A stretch of DNA of 64,000 bases, from contig CANPYI010000006.1 of the NCBI GenBank assembly GCA_947588355.1, positions 1,910 to 65,909 of the forward strand, read 5' to 3'. This stretch comes from an uncultured Clostridia bacterium. Its GTDB lineage: Bacteria; Bacillota; Clostridia; Christensenellales; UBA1242. Shown piece after piece: positions 10,601-25,600 of this stretch. Under the pieces are notes generated by a model. That model saw only the letters and a program-made list of their open reading frames with translations, was not told where the DNA came from and searched no databases. Position 1 is the stretch's first letter, and each line of letters begins with the position of its first letter. The position numbers and the translations under genes were made by a program.

Positions 10601-13600
10601 TTTTGACGATCGACATCTTTCAATTCTACTCTGCGTGATGTGGCACTTGTGTCAGGCTCAATAAGTGTGATTGTAAAGCCAAAATCTTCATAATCATATC
10701 CACCTGCATTGATTGACAACTTCAATGTAAATTCAGTTTCAAACCAAACAGAGTAATGTCCGCCCGCCGAGGATATTTCACGACTTGACTCTTTGCTTTC
10801 TGCCAAAAATTCTTGAACACCAGGGTCAGAGTCATCAAGGTCAAGTTCAAATTGCAATCTGTTGTATCTTATCACAACGGTGGTGACAGGTATAGCATTG
10901 CCGTTTTCATCTTGACCATAAAGCACTCGTTTTGTGTTGTCTTCAAGTCCGATTTGCGAGAAGCCTTTAATTTGTTTGATGATATCAAGATGTTTTTCTT
11001 CTGCAAGTTGAAGCGAAGCCTCTTCAAGTTGACGCAAATATTCCAAAGTGATCAAACGGTCAGTTGTGCCTTCAATTACTTGTGTCAAATCTTGCACAAT
11101 GTTGTATTTGTCTTCATCAAGCAAAGATTGAATATGATATTCAACAGTAAATTTGGTGTCGCTGCGTGGCTTTGCAGTCAAACGAATGGACATTGGTCCG
11201 CTGACAGCAGGCACTTCATAAGTGTTATTTTCATGAGTTTCTTCACCAACAACAAAGCCAACGAAATCATAGCCACCTTTTATGGCATTTTCCACCGAAA
11301 TAGTCAATTTGTCATCATGATGAACAGTGATCGAACTTGCAAACGCAGGAGTGTCAATCTGACTTCCTTCACTGTCATAAACTGTGATTTTGACTTTGCT
11401 TGTGTCGATACCATCTGACGCTGACAAATTGATTGTATAGCCTATTGCTTCCCAAGTTGCGTAAATGTCAATCTCTTTTGCATAGGTGTTAAGCACGAAT
11501 GTGTAAGAATTGCCGTCGTTGGATATAACTCCATTTGGATTTTCTTTAAGTGTCCAACCTGCAAAAGTGTAGCCGGTGCGCGTGAAGATAGTTCCGTCAA
11601 GCAAGTTGACAGTTTCGCGATAGCGAATAAGTTCTTCTTTGTTTAACTCGCGTTTTTCGTGAGTTGTTTGCTCTCGTGTTTGTTCTTTTTCACCAAAGCC
11701 CGCATGATAAATGATCTTGTAGGCATGCGCCTGTTTGCTGATTGTGATTTTGACAGTGGAGCCAAGATCAGCACTTTCTTCCGCTTGTTTTTCCATAACA
11801 AAAGTTGCCGTTCTTGTCACACCATCTTGTACTGTTGAAGTTGACCATTCTTTGAGTTCTTTGTCAACCCCAAACTCATTGATAACATAACCTGCGTTGG
11901 AAGATTGTGCGGTCACTGTCACATGAGCGCCAAAACGAACAAGATAAACACCCGTTCCGCCGTCTTTTGCTGTGCGAACATAGAATGTTTTGTCGTGTGT
12001 TGAATCTACTTCTGCACTATCGGCAGCAAACGAAATATCTTCATCAGCGGCGTCCTTTGAAAGAACAAGTGAAATGTATGCTCTTGTGTATTTCAACGTT
12101 ACAGTTGTTATTGCTTTATCGACATTTGCAACAATGTTTCCGCCATTATCTGTTTCAAATGAATCTGGCGCAACAAATCCGTCAAACTCAGGAAGTGCTG
12201 AACCACTTTCCAAAGCCTTGTAAATCATATCCCAAGTGACTTTGGTGTCAGTTTTGCCCGTGCCCTGTTTTGCAAGTGTCAAGTCTTCTTCAAATTCTGT
12301 GCCAAGCAAGTTTTCAAACGTGATTTTCACATTAAATTTTGAGTCTATAGCATTCCAATGTGCCACCAAGGTTATATTGGAAGAAATATTGAAGGTTTTG
12401 TTATCAAATACAGTTGACTCTTCAATTTCTTTGTCATCGTTTCCGCTAATAAACCAACCAACAAAACCATAGCCGGTTCTTGTTGGATCAACCAAGCCAA
12501 CTGTTTCACCTTTTGTAAAGACTGTTTCCTCTTCAGTGCCAAGATATGCGCTTGCAAAGTCGGTGTTGTAGTCGATGTAAATCACGATTTCTTTTTCAGA
12601 TGTGTACAGAACTTTGTTAAGTGTCAACTCTGCTTTTGAAGAGCCTGTCGTGTCGTTGAGGTCAAGCGTAATTTTGTATCTGTTTGGCGAGTATGTGACA
12701 GTGATTGATTTGCTCTTGCTTTCAATCTCTTCAGCCGTCAAGAAGCCTTCGCCCTCTCCCAAACTCATTGTCACTGTGACTGTTGCTTTGTCCGGAGTGT
12801 ATCCTGCAACTTCTGGAGATTGACGAGAGAATGTTCCATCAAACACCACACCTGTGCTGAACGCTATTGGTGCAAGTTCACTGTGCGTGTCGCTCATAAC
12901 ATAAGTGATAGTCAAAGTTATTGTAATTGCCGTCCAATGTGCTTCCAAAACAACATTGCCATACATATATTGTTGAATTTTTGTGTCAAGGGCAAGCGTT
13001 TCGGCTGTGTATTCTTCTGACCAATTGCCATCTTTTGCTGAGAAAATGTAGTGAGCAAGTGTGTAGCCAGTTCTTGTCAAAAGTTTGCCATCTGGAATTG
13101 TGACTTTTTCACTGTCTTCTATGGTGTAGGTGACAACATAGTCGCCGTTGTCATCTATGTATTTTCCGCTCTCTTTTGAGCCTTTCAAACTGTCATCAAA
13201 TTTTCCGCCCTGCGCTTTGAAGGTGATTGTGTACTTGTTTGCTGTCCAAACGGCGTACAAAGTCAAGGTGTCGTTGTCTTTCTCTTTGCCTGCCAGATTG
13301 AGTTTGTCTTGTGGATCAAATGTGCCATCTTCAAGCGGAGTGTAATCTGCTGTTTTGCCTCCTTCCACTGTTGTCCAGCCGGCAAAAGTGTAGCCCGTCA
13401 AAGTGAATCCGCATTTGGAAAGGATTGTGCCTTCTTCGTCGTAGTACACTTCTTGTGTGCTCATTTGCCCTTCTGCATCGCCAACATATTGTTCATCATT
13501 TGGATCATATGTGATTGTGTACTTGTTTGCCGTCCAAACGGCCCACAAGTCAATCCTGTCGTTGTTTTTGTCCTTGCCTGCAAGCCCGCTCAAGTTTTCT

Positions 13601-16600
13601 TGTGTGCTGAGATAGATAGGCTCGCCAACTTTTCCTTCAGCATCCTTTACACCCCAACCGATAAAGTGATAGCCAGTCATTTTAAAGCCAACGTCTGTTG
13701 CGGTTTTGATTTTTACAGTTTGAGTGTAAGAAAATTCTTCGGGAACAGGATCTGCTTCTTCAACACCCTGATAATTATAGTTTGAATTGTAATAGATTGT
13801 ATATGTATTTTCCGTCCATTTTGCTTTCAAAGTGACAAGTTGTCCACGCTCTTTTGTCAAGTTTATGAAACTAGGCTCGCTTGCCGCAAGAGTTTTGATT
13901 GTGATGCCTCCGATCACAACGTCCCAACCGTCAAAATGATAGCCGGCGAGATACAAGTAGTCACCACCGTTGACAAGTTCGTGCGGTGTGTCATAATCAA
14001 CGTCAAATGGCACTTTTGCCGTCAAATCTTTTGGTGCGTCTTCCACTTCGCCCTTAAGTGTGGCGTTGTTGTAATCATATATAACTTTATAAGAATATGC
14101 TCCCCAAATAGCATACAAGTTTACATTTGTGGCAACTTTGTGAGTGTAAAGTGCGCCATTCTGATAAGTTATGTCACTCTTTCCAGCCACAGCCGACCAA
14201 CCTTTAAATTCATAGCCGTCTTTGGTGAATGAATTATCTTTCAACGAGGTTTGCACATTATATCTTACTGTTTGACTATCTGTTTGATCACCTTCTCCAC
14301 CGTCATTTGTGCTGTGGAAAATCACATTAAATTGTTTGCCCTGTGCAGTTGCGGTGATAGAAAGCCCCACAAGTAAGTTGTCTTCGTTGAATGAATTTGC
14401 CGTGAATGAATATTCCATTTGCGTGCTTTGACCAACACGCCAGCCGGTAAATTCATACACATCTTCTTCTTCAAGTTTTGTAAGTGTGTAAGAAAATTCT
14501 GCTTTTGCTTCATATTTCAGTTCAAAACTTGCAGAATTGCCTTTTGAACTTGCAAAATTTTCACTGCCTATTTCGGATCCTTCGTCGCCTGTGATTTGCA
14601 CAGAAACTGTTTCTATTCCTTCCGTCATAGAAATATTGATTGTTGCGCTTTTTCGGATATAATAAACTTTCAGTACAGTGCGATTTTTCAAGGATTCTGG
14701 ATCATCTTTGTTTGTCCAAACGATGTTTCCGCTGGCAATTTCTGTGGAGTATGTAAAGCCTTTGATATCAAGTTTCAAGGTGCTTGGCAACACAGGGCTG
14801 TCTCCAGTCGGCCCTGTTGCCGTTGTGTTTTCAACAACGCCGCCATTAACAAGTGCTCTGTCAACTGCACTTTCATAGTTTTGATCGTCAAATTTTGTTA
14901 TGTCTGTTGCACCAAGTTTTTCAACATAATATTCCACAACAAACTCACTTGGCAACGCCTTTGTGGTTGCATAAATAGTGAGGTCGTCTGCAACATTCCA
15001 TTCAAATGTTTTTGCTTTTGTGTTGTTTTCAACATCGCTAAACTTAACTGGTGGTCTTGCCACAAATTCCTTCAAATCATATCCGTTTTCGATTTCTGCA
15101 ACAACGGTGACGGTTGCTCCGTACACAACTTCATAAACCCAAGTCGTGCCTGTGCTTTCTTCAGATTTTTCGGAAATAAGCCAACTGTAATTTGCACTTG
15201 CTGTCAATTTTTGTACTTGTGCATTGTTGTTTTTGTCAAGTGTAAGAGTGTACTTTTTGCGGTTGTAATTGATTGTGATGATATGTTGTTCTTTTTCTGC
15301 ATCAAGTGTGTATGATGTAAAGTTGCCGTCATACTCAAAGCCATCAAGTTGATTTTTCAAAATCAGATTTTCAAGCATAGCATACGTGACAACACTGTCA
15401 GCCTTGCCCTCTTGGTTGGTGACGCTTGGTGCTTCTTCAAGATTTGGCTGATAATCATCTTGACTTTCTGCAATCGCTTGATACTTAAACTCAACAGTGT
15501 ATTTGACCGGTTGTGCATCAACACGAATTTGTAAATTGAGATCTTGTTTCAAAACAAACTCAACACTTGTGCCGCCGTCTTTCCACTCGGACCAATTGTC
15601 ATCTTGGCTGACATCATAAATGCTTGCAAGACTATAGTTATCTCGCAGACCAACATCAAGTGTAAGATTTTCAAAATATTTGAATGTCCAAGAATGCGTT
15701 TCACTATCGCATTCAAACTTTTCTTCGCCGATTGTCACACTGTTGACGCCAAGTTCTGGTGTGGAAACTTGTATTGTGTAAGTTTTGCGAATATAGTACA
15801 ACCTCAAAACCAAAGTGCCGTTTGCGTCAATATTTCCAGATTTTGCTGTTGGCAAATACTCGCCAACTTTCTCTTCGATTTCAAATTGCTCAAATCCATA
15901 GTAAGCAAACTCTTGTATTGTTGCAGTTTCGTCAGTTGTGCCTTCCATTTTGTCAGAGGTGTGAATTTCTGTAATTTCATCAGGCACATTAAATTCATTG
16001 TCAAGTGCAAACTTGCGTGCATCTTCCGTGCTGTCCAAAGTTTCAAGCCAATACTCAACTTTGTATTTGGTTGTGGTCAAGGCCTCCCAAATGGCATAGA
16101 TAGAGGAATCGTTGTCCACGATGTCAACTTTGCTTTGTGCATCAAGTAATTGCTCTTTTGTGGCGTCTTTTGTCAAAGCCCAACCTAAGAAGTGGTAGCC
16201 GGTGCGCTCGGTCTTTTGGATTGTTTCCCAAGCATTTTCAACACCATCTGCGGTTGCAAGTCCAAAGGTTAAGTCAAATGTGACAGTGATTTGTGTCAAA
16301 CCTCCGCCGATTGTCACATCGCCTGTGCCACCGTTTGTGTTTTCGTCAAGTTTTACTGTGTGTTTGTCTGCTTGCCAATTGGCCTCCAAAACGATATTCC
16401 CGTATTTGCCAGACTTGACTTCTGCTTTTATATCAACAATATTATCCTCAAATTGTTCTGTCCAGTTTTGTGCCTCTTCTTCGGCAAAACTGAGTTTGTA
16501 GCCCGTCAGTGTGTAGCCACGTTTTGTCAACTTATCGGACAAGATTTCAATGCTTTCATCACTTACTTTGTATCTTTGAACGTAGTTGCCGTCAATAAGG

Positions 16601-19600
16601 CCTGAAGAAAGTGACTGGTCAAATTGACCTTCGTTTGGTTTGTAAGTGATTGTATATTCTATTGCTTCAAATTTGGCATAAACATCAAAGTTTCCATTTG
16701 TGCCTACTGGAAAATCAAAACTGTTTGTTGAGCCAATTTGGTTGTCAAAATCTGCGCTATCATACCAGCCGGCAAAGCGATAGCCTGGCTTTTCTGTTGC
16801 TTGAACACCAACGGTTTGTTCGTCGCCGGTGTATGTAAATGTGTAAGTTGTTTCAGTTTCTTGAGCATCAACAAATTTTGCCGTTCCACCATTGTTGCTT
16901 TCTGAATTAACCGTGCCGGTGTCGGTGTAAACATGCATCGTGCCTGTCACTTGATAAATCGCTGTGATGTAAATAATTGCATTTTCAAAGTTGGTGTCGG
17001 AAGGCAAAACTGTGTAAACATATTTTTCGCCCTCTTTTGAAAGTTCAACTTCTGTGCTGTCGCCCTCTTTGTTTGTTGTTTTTACAACCTTAAGTAACGC
17101 AAATTTATCTGATCTTGGTGTAACAGTAATCAAGATCTTGGCGCCCGTCTTCAACACGTTTGTTGTGAAAGATTGCTCTTCTGTTTCCAAAGTTGCAGTG
17201 ATTTCACCCTCATAATCTTGGAGGGAATTGTTTTGTAAAACAACTGTGGCATTGCGTGATTGCCAAAGAGCATACAATGTGAAATCTTTTGCACATTCCC
17301 CACCTTGCAAAGTTGTGTCCGCATAAAATCTTGTTGCTTCAAGTTGTGCATCAACGCTTGGTGGATTTTCAACCAACCACCAGCCTGCAAAATTGTAGCC
17401 TTCTTTTGTCGGGTCTTGCGGGAAGCCTTCGATTGCTGTTGCAAATTCAACTTTTTCAAAGGTTTTTGTTTCGCCGCCGCCGTCAGTTTCGGACAAAGTG
17501 CCTCCATTGGCATGGAATGTCACCTTCACTTTTTTGGCAACGCCGTCTGCAATGATCGTGATGTTGTTTGTCACATATTGCGACTCAATAGTAATTTCTC
17601 CAGACGTGCTGTCATATTGATAGTTTTCACTTTCTTCTCCATTGATAAGAATGGTGATTTTTGGTGGCAATTCATAGCCAACTTCTGGCACAAGTGTGCC
17701 TTCAAAATCCGTTCCAGAAAGAATGTTGTCTGGCCCATAATATGTCAGATGATTCAAAACGGTGATAATCCTGTTTTCGCCCGGAGTAGGCTCTGCTTTA
17801 ATCTTAATCTTGCCGTTTATGTACTCTTTTTCAATCACCAAAGTTGCAGAAGTGCCATCGCCGGTGATATTGTATGTGAATCCTTTGCCAGAAACAAGCG
17901 TAACTTCGGCATTTTCAAATTCTTTATCAAGAATTATGGAAACATTAAGACTTGCAGGCATAAAGAAATTTGTTTCCTCTTTTATACTGAAATTGATAGT
18001 AACATCATTTTCAGGGTGTGCCTCAACTTGCCTTGGATCGTTGTCAACTTGTATTGGCTTTGTTTCATATCCATTGTTCAAATCGTATTCGATATCATAG
18101 GCATCTTTTTTGTTCCATTTTGCATAAAGCGTGTGAGCACTTTCTATGTCAACTGTGCTTTGTCCGGTGATTGCTTGCGCATCGTCTTGTGGATTTTTGT
18201 CAGTAAACCAACCTGCAAAAGTGTAGCCGCTGCGCTTTGGAGATGTTGTCCAAGCATCTACTTCTTCAGTGTTTGTGCCATAAGTTTCTCCAAATGTCAC
18301 CGTAATAGAGGCTGGATCCGGCATATCCTTAACGTCGTCTTTTGGATATTTTGTGTCAATATTTTTGTCGAATGTCACAGTAATTGATTTTGCTGTGAAT
18401 TTTGCCTTGACGGTGATTGAGTCGCTTGCGGTGTAAATCCATTTGTTGTCTTTAAACACATTTTCATATTCAACAAGTCCATTTTCGTCAATAAGTTGTT
18501 TGTCCGAGTAATACCAACCACCAAAGTCGTAGCCATACTTGGTTGCAGTCGGCACAACTTCGTCGGAAAGTGTGTATGCTGTTCCATTTCCGCTTGTATC
18601 TTCATAATTTTTGTAAAGTGTGTTGTCCGCATACTTGACATAAACAGCGGTCAAATTGTCAGTAATAGTTTCGCCGTCCTCGACCTCAAGTTGAATTTTG
18701 TAAACTTTTTCAATCCACTGTGCTGTCAAGGTTGCGTCTTGTTCGCCCATTGTAAATGTTTTGTTGTCTTGTGAAATTGTTCCGGTGCCTTGCGTGAGAG
18801 TCCACTTCACAAAAGTGTAGCCGTCTTTTGTGGCGGTCTCCAAAGGAACCTCAAACCCGTACAAAACTTTTTCAGTGTATGTATATTTTCCTTCAACAAC
18901 CTTTTCCGAGCCATACTCTCCACCCTCGCCGACAACGATTGTCAGTGTGCTTGCAACACGTTTGAAGTAAATTTCAAACACTGTGTCTGGAACAAGTTGA
19001 TCGACAGAAACTTTGTTTTCTGATTTACCGGCATCATATTCAAAGCCAAGTCTTTCAAAAATTTCTGATGGTATGATTTCAAGTGGTTCATCTACAGTTG
19101 CTTCAAGTTTTTCTTTCTTCAAGTTTTCTGCCAGCAAAAGGATTGTATCATTGTTAGCATCGCCCGAGTCATATTGTCCGTCAGGTTTCATCAAGTAAAC
19201 CTTCACGCTGTACGCAATTTTTCCTGCTGTTGCAGAAACTGTCAAATTGAGAGGCTCTTTTTCGCCCGTTACAGTTATAGGCATGGAAACAACATTGTCA
19301 CCGTTTTTGAATATGGCATTTTCGTATCCCGTTTTAAGTGTTGCGGTGATTGTAACTTCCTCTTCAAAGAACACTTTTTTAAATGTTGTAATTTGTCCTT
19401 CTATTGAAGGTGTCAATGTTCTGTCAGAATTTTGTGTTGTGTCTTTTGCGGTTGCAGAAACGCTGGCAACACCCTTTTCAAGTGTCACCTTGATATCACG
19501 ATAGTTTCTTGTGTACAACAAGTAAATTTTCAGGCTGCCGTCTGCTTGAACAACAAGTTGAGTCAAATCATCACCCTTGTTTGTAACAAACTTGAGTTTT

Positions 19601-22600
19601 GTAAAGCCGGTTTTTTCTTGATAAGCATCAGTCAAATTTTCGCCAAGAATTTCAGTAAGTTTTTTGTCTGTAAAATCTGTTCTGGTCTCCATGCTCAACA
19701 AAGCAAAATTGCTCATGCTGTCAGGGTCAAACTCTGTTCGTTCCTCAAGTGCCGCTTGGATAGTCTGTCCCATGTGATGAATCTCAAAATTCACTTTCAC
19801 TGCAGTCCAAACCGCTTTAAGTGTGATTGTTCCATCTTTTTCGGTGACAAGTTTGGTGTTTAAGATTTGATCTGCTGTTGCGTCTTTGCTTACCAAAGTT
19901 TTGCCATCTAAAGTTACCCAATGGTCAAAAACGTAACCATCACGTTTGTGCTTTGCGTCTATATCCACAATATCGGTGTATTTATATTGTTTAATGACAA
20001 TATTTGTGCCATCCTCAACTTGATTGCCGTTCAGTTTTTTGGCAGTGCCTTGATAATTGTCGTCGTCAGGGTCATATCTTACAGTGTAAGTGTGCTCCTC
20101 ACGTGTTGCATACAAATGAAGGTCTTTTGCTTCTGTGTAAGAATTTATTTTGTAACTTTCTTTATACTCAGTGCCGTCTTGAGTGTGCCAGCCTTTAAAC
20201 TCAAAGCCCAAAACATCATCTTTTGACCAACCAATTGCCGAATTTTTTGCGTTTGCATCAAAAATGGCTTGTTCCGTCAAAATTGCGTATTGTCCGTCAT
20301 ACTCCACTTCTATAGGATCGGTGTAGGTTTTTGTTGATCCATTGTAACCAATATGATAAACAACCTTAAAACTATCCACTTGCCAGTGAACGCAAAGTGT
20401 GATTTGTGCTCGGCCCTGAGCATTGATAGGTGCATCTTTCAAGTACGACTCAAGAAGTTCTGTAGTGCCTTCTATTTTTTGACTTTCTTGGTCGCTGTGA
20501 GTTTGTTGATTGCTATTGTCTCGCAAATACCAACCCTCAAACGAATAACCCTCTTTGAATGGTTTCAAAAGTCCAATAATGCCCTTGCTGTCATCTTGAG
20601 CATCCACATTGCTGACTGCAGTTGAGAATGTTGCTCCGGTGCGGACATAAATCACCTCAACACCGTTTCCATATTGCACCTCACTGCTGCCAATCACTTG
20701 TGTGGAAAGAGTGATTTCAACGTAGTCCGAACTCCATTCTGCGTACAAATTGACATTGCCAGAATATGCAAGGTTTTTGACTTTTGTGCCGGAAATATTC
20801 CAGATTGCACCCTCTTGACGAGTTGTTGTCCAGCCATCAAGTTTTTGATCCTCAAGTGAAGAATCTTCTTCCAACGTCCAGCCGGTCAAAATGAAGCCCG
20901 GTCTTGTTAAACTTGTGGAGAATGCACCCTCTTTGTCAAAAGTTGCAGTCAAAACCAAACCTTTTATCGTAAAGTTGTTGCCATTGCCGTCTTCGGTGAC
21001 ATAAACGCCCTCATCACTGGCAACAAAATTTCCGCCCGCACCGTTTAATGTGATGGTGTAGGTGTTTGCAATCCAATGAGCAACCATTTCTGTGATATTT
21101 ATATCATTCCAAACACCATTAAGTTGTCCATTGTCATCTGTCAAGCGATTGTTCAATGAATCAAACCAACCATCAAAAACATATCCGTTTCTTGATGCTT
21201 TCAAGGTTGAGAGTTTTTGAGTGCCATCTTGTTTTGTAAACATATCTTTGCTGTCAAATTGAATGTAAACCAAGTAATTGCCCTCAGAATCAAATGAAAG
21301 ATCTGATGGCTCCAATTTTGCTTTTGTTGAGCCGTTTCCCTTTTCAGAATCGTTGAGATTAAGTTTTACTTGAATCTTTTTCGGTGACCAATTTGCCACA
21401 AAATTTCTGTTTCCGATGCTGTTTGCAGGAAGTTCGCTTATATGCATATCGGCGGTGATTTTGATATTGTCGCGCTCGGTGATGCCATTTTCAAATATAA
21501 GATATGCCACAAAAACGCCCTCTCCATCAATCTTAAGGGTGTCAGTTGCCGTAAACCATTTTTTCTCCAAGTTGCCCTCAACATAAATCTTCCAATCTGT
21601 TGCATTGACAGAGTAATTCACCCCTCCTCTAAGTGTGAATGCTTGCGTGTATATTGATTTATTATTTTCATCAACGACAAAAGAGCCGTCTTGTGCAATT
21701 TTTCCGTTGTACCACATGTCAAATGTGATTTCTTCGGTCCAGCCAACAAAATCATAACCGGTTCTTTCTATTACATAGTCGGTTTTGTTGTCAAGGTTGA
21801 CAGATTGTCCATAGGTGTACGAACGTGGTGCTGGAGTGTCCTCTTGCCACTGCCCTTGATTTACAGTGTAAGTCAGTTCAAAAGTGTCCTCTTGCCACAT
21901 TGCAACAAGTGTGACATTGTTGTCCTTTTCACCATACTTGCCGGTTACATGAGGCTCTTCTGACAACACAAACTCCTTGTTGTCAAGCCAGTTTCCTATA
22001 AGTCCAGAGAAGTTTGGCTTCCAGCCAACAAGCACATATCCTGCCCGACGGACATCTTCGTTTGTTCGGAAATAAATCACTGTGCCAATGGTGTAGTCTT
22101 GCGTGTCTTTGACACCGTTAACCCAAGCACCCTCTTCATTTTCGACAAATTTGTATTCCAAAGTGTAGGTGACATAACTGTAAAACAGTTCAACAACCAA
22201 ACTGCCGTCGCCGGCAATTGTCAGTTCTGCTTCGTCATCAAAGCCGTCTGGCATTTCACGACCAGTCTTGGAATATCTGAGTGCATGATATTCATATCCG
22301 TCAAGTGACAATCCTTCTTGAGTTGAAACATATTGCGAAACAAATTCTTGCAAAGTTGAAAGTTCAAGTTTGCTGTCAGCAAGGCCGACGTATTTCTTAT
22401 CCTCGGGATCATCGTGCAAAACTATCGCGTCACCATATGCATTCACTCCAAACTTACTTTCCGAATTTTGTAAACGGAATCTAATTTGATATGCTTGCGG
22501 TTGAGGAGTTGCATCTGCAAAAACATAATATTCATTGCTCTGCGACATAACTTCAACTTCACCAAAAAGTTTGTTGTCAAATGTAAATTGATACAACTCG

Positions 22601-25600
22601 GCAGATAATTTGCCAATTTCTTGCGCTGTGGAATCAACAGGAGAAATATTTTCCTTTCCAAGTCCTGCTTGCCACTTGTTTGCCGTCCAGCCAACTTTTG
22701 CAACAGATTGCACAGTGACTTTGCTTCCGTAGGTCACCAAAACTTTGCCGGTTTTGTCGTATTTGTTTCCGTCTTCGCCTTCAACACCGGTGCCAGAGAT
22801 GTTTATGTATTGTATCCCGTCGCCAATAGTGTAATTAAGTGTATATTTGTTTGCCGTCCAATGAGCATAAAGCGTAACTTCGCTTTTTGACCCTTGAACG
22901 CTTGGATCATATGTTGTGTCGATGTATTTCCAAACAATTTTATCGTCTTTTTTGTCAAGCCAAACAACTGTCTTTTCGCCAACACGTTCCGTAACAACAT
23001 TGTTTACTGCACTACCATCGGCTTCGAAAATTTTTAATCCGCCAGTTTGCTGCGTGTAAAATCCCTCAAAAGTGTAACCCGTTTTCCAAGCAACAACATC
23101 GCCTACTTCATCTGGTTTTGTTTGGTCAGGACTATATCCTTCCAAAGTGCCAATTTTTGCAAGTTCTTTGTCATATGTTGCGTGATGGCCAGTGTAACCG
23201 TGTCCGCCTTGGTCAAGGACAAATGTAAAGTCAATTTCTGTTTGGATTTCTGTCCATATTGCAGTGAGAGTGACATTGCCATAAGTTCCGCTTAGAACTT
23301 TTTCGGAAGGGTTTTTGTAAGTGTTGATTGTCCACATATCATTGTTGTCAGATTGTGTGATTTGCCATCTGAAGGTATAACCTTCCATAAACACTTCGTC
23401 ATATCCATACAACTCAAAATCTGAATTTGTGATTGTGTAACTTTGTGTGCTTGGTGTGTTTGGATTTTTCAGTGTGCCGCCATTAAACAGATAAATGATT
23501 GTGTAAGGCGTTGGAGTCCATTTTGCAAAAAGTTTGATGCCACTGGCAATTGACCAAACTCCGTTTTTTACATAATCTTGCTCACCTACTTTTGCATCCG
23601 ACACAAGTGTGCCGCCCGAAAGGATAAATTGTACACTGTCCGCGCCAACATTGGCAGCATTGTACCAACCGCCAAAGTCATAACCATTTCTGTTTGTCGG
23701 CAGAACTTTTTCAACAAGTCCACCCGCATGCTCTGCATCATAAAATTTGTTTGTGCCAAATTCAATCCAAACGGAAGACATGCTTTCGGCATTGTCGTAG
23801 TTGAGGTCAAGTTGCACCTCATATCTGTTTGCTTGCCATTTTGCATAAATTTCGGTGTTTTTTGTGGTGAAAGTCAGCACATCTGTGCTTGTCAAAAATT
23901 TGCCGTTTTCATCAACTATTTGCAATCCCCAATCTTCACTTGTTTTGCCGTCTTTTGAATAAAAGCCTTGGAAAGTATAGCCGGTTTTTGTCACTGTGCC
24001 CGCCAAATCAATTTTGCTTCCTGCAGCACCATTTGTGTTGGCATACCAACCTTCCTCATATCTGAGCCAAACACTTTCAACAGCGCCAGAGCCACCGTCA
24101 CTGTTTAAGGTGACAAGATATTCAGATGCTTTCCAGATTGCATAAAGCGTCAAGTGTTCTGCACGCGCCCACCTGCCGCCAACAATATAATTTTCGTGAT
24201 TTACAAGGTTTGCATCAACATCGATGATTTTGCCACTTTCAACCCCGCCATTTTCACCTTTTGTAACACTCCAACCGGCAAACTGATAGCCATCACGTGT
24301 TGGGTTTGTGATATCAAGGTCCTCGTTTGTGGAGTTGAATGTCACGCTGACAGATGTTGTGCCGGGATGAATTGATTCGCCGTCACCCGCATTTAAAGTC
24401 AGATTGAATGTGTTTTCTTTCCAACGTGCCGTCAAAGAAACATTTCCGGCATGTGTCCATTTGCCATCGGTTGTGTAATCATCAATATTCGAAGCCAAAA
24501 TGCCGTTTTCATCAATCAATTTCGTCTCAGGGTCAGTCAAGTACCAACCACAGAAGGTATATGCTTCCAACCTAGGGTCAGCCGAATACATGCCAAAAGC
24601 CTTAGCTTTCAAGTCTGTGATTTGCAAAGAATCTTTGTCATAATTGTACGGGAATCCACTGCCTGTGCGAGAAGAATAGAAGACAGATTCACCATATTTG
24701 ATATAAATCTTGCCACCGGTTATGTTTGAATCGTTGTACGAGCCCTCTGCAAATTTTTGGCTTGTCATGTCAAGATTTAAGGTCACTTCATATATATTTG
24801 CTTGCCATTGTGCAGCCAATGTCACACTTCCCCACATTCCTGAGAGGCTGAAGTTTTCTTGATAGTAAGGCAATTCTATATCTTTGTCCCATTGTCCAAC
24901 ACTTGCGACCGGCTTCCAGCCAACAAAACTGTAGCCATCTTTTGTTGCGCCCGGCAGCACGCTTGTGCTTGAAATGTCATAATCCAAATCCGGAATGGAA
25001 AGAGAGGTTTGTTCGTCGGTGTCAACGAATTTGATTGTGTAAGAAATATATTGCCAAACTGCGTAAAAAATTTGCGCTGGATAGGTGTCGTCTTCTGGTT
25101 GCGCTGTGGAAAGAAGTGACAAAAGTTTGTCTTTTGGTTTGACAAATTTGATTGCCGCAATTTCTTGCTCAGTTGCTTTTGCACTCAATATTTTTTGTGA
25201 ATCCAAGCACCAACCTAAAAATTTGTAGCCTTGTCCATCGATAGAAATTATTTTTGTATTGTCAGACCTGCCATCGTCATTGACGGCAGGAACATCGTAA
25301 GTTGCACCAAAGTCAATTTGTCTTGTGGCTATTGTAGGTGTTGTTGATATTGTCCAGCCTTCTTCTTCTACAGCACTTTCAAACTTGGCATCTGGCATGC
25401 CTGTGTTTATTTGAATAGTGTATGTGTTTGGTGTCCACTGAGCATAAAACGTCACATAAGTTTCGCTTTCTTGATATGCGTAAGTCCATTTTCCAGAGGT
25501 CAAGTAAACACTCACCGTCTCATTTTTCAAAGCACCACTTGAATAAGTGATTGCAGTGTACTGATCGCCCACTTTGACAGCCCAACCTTCAAAACTATGT

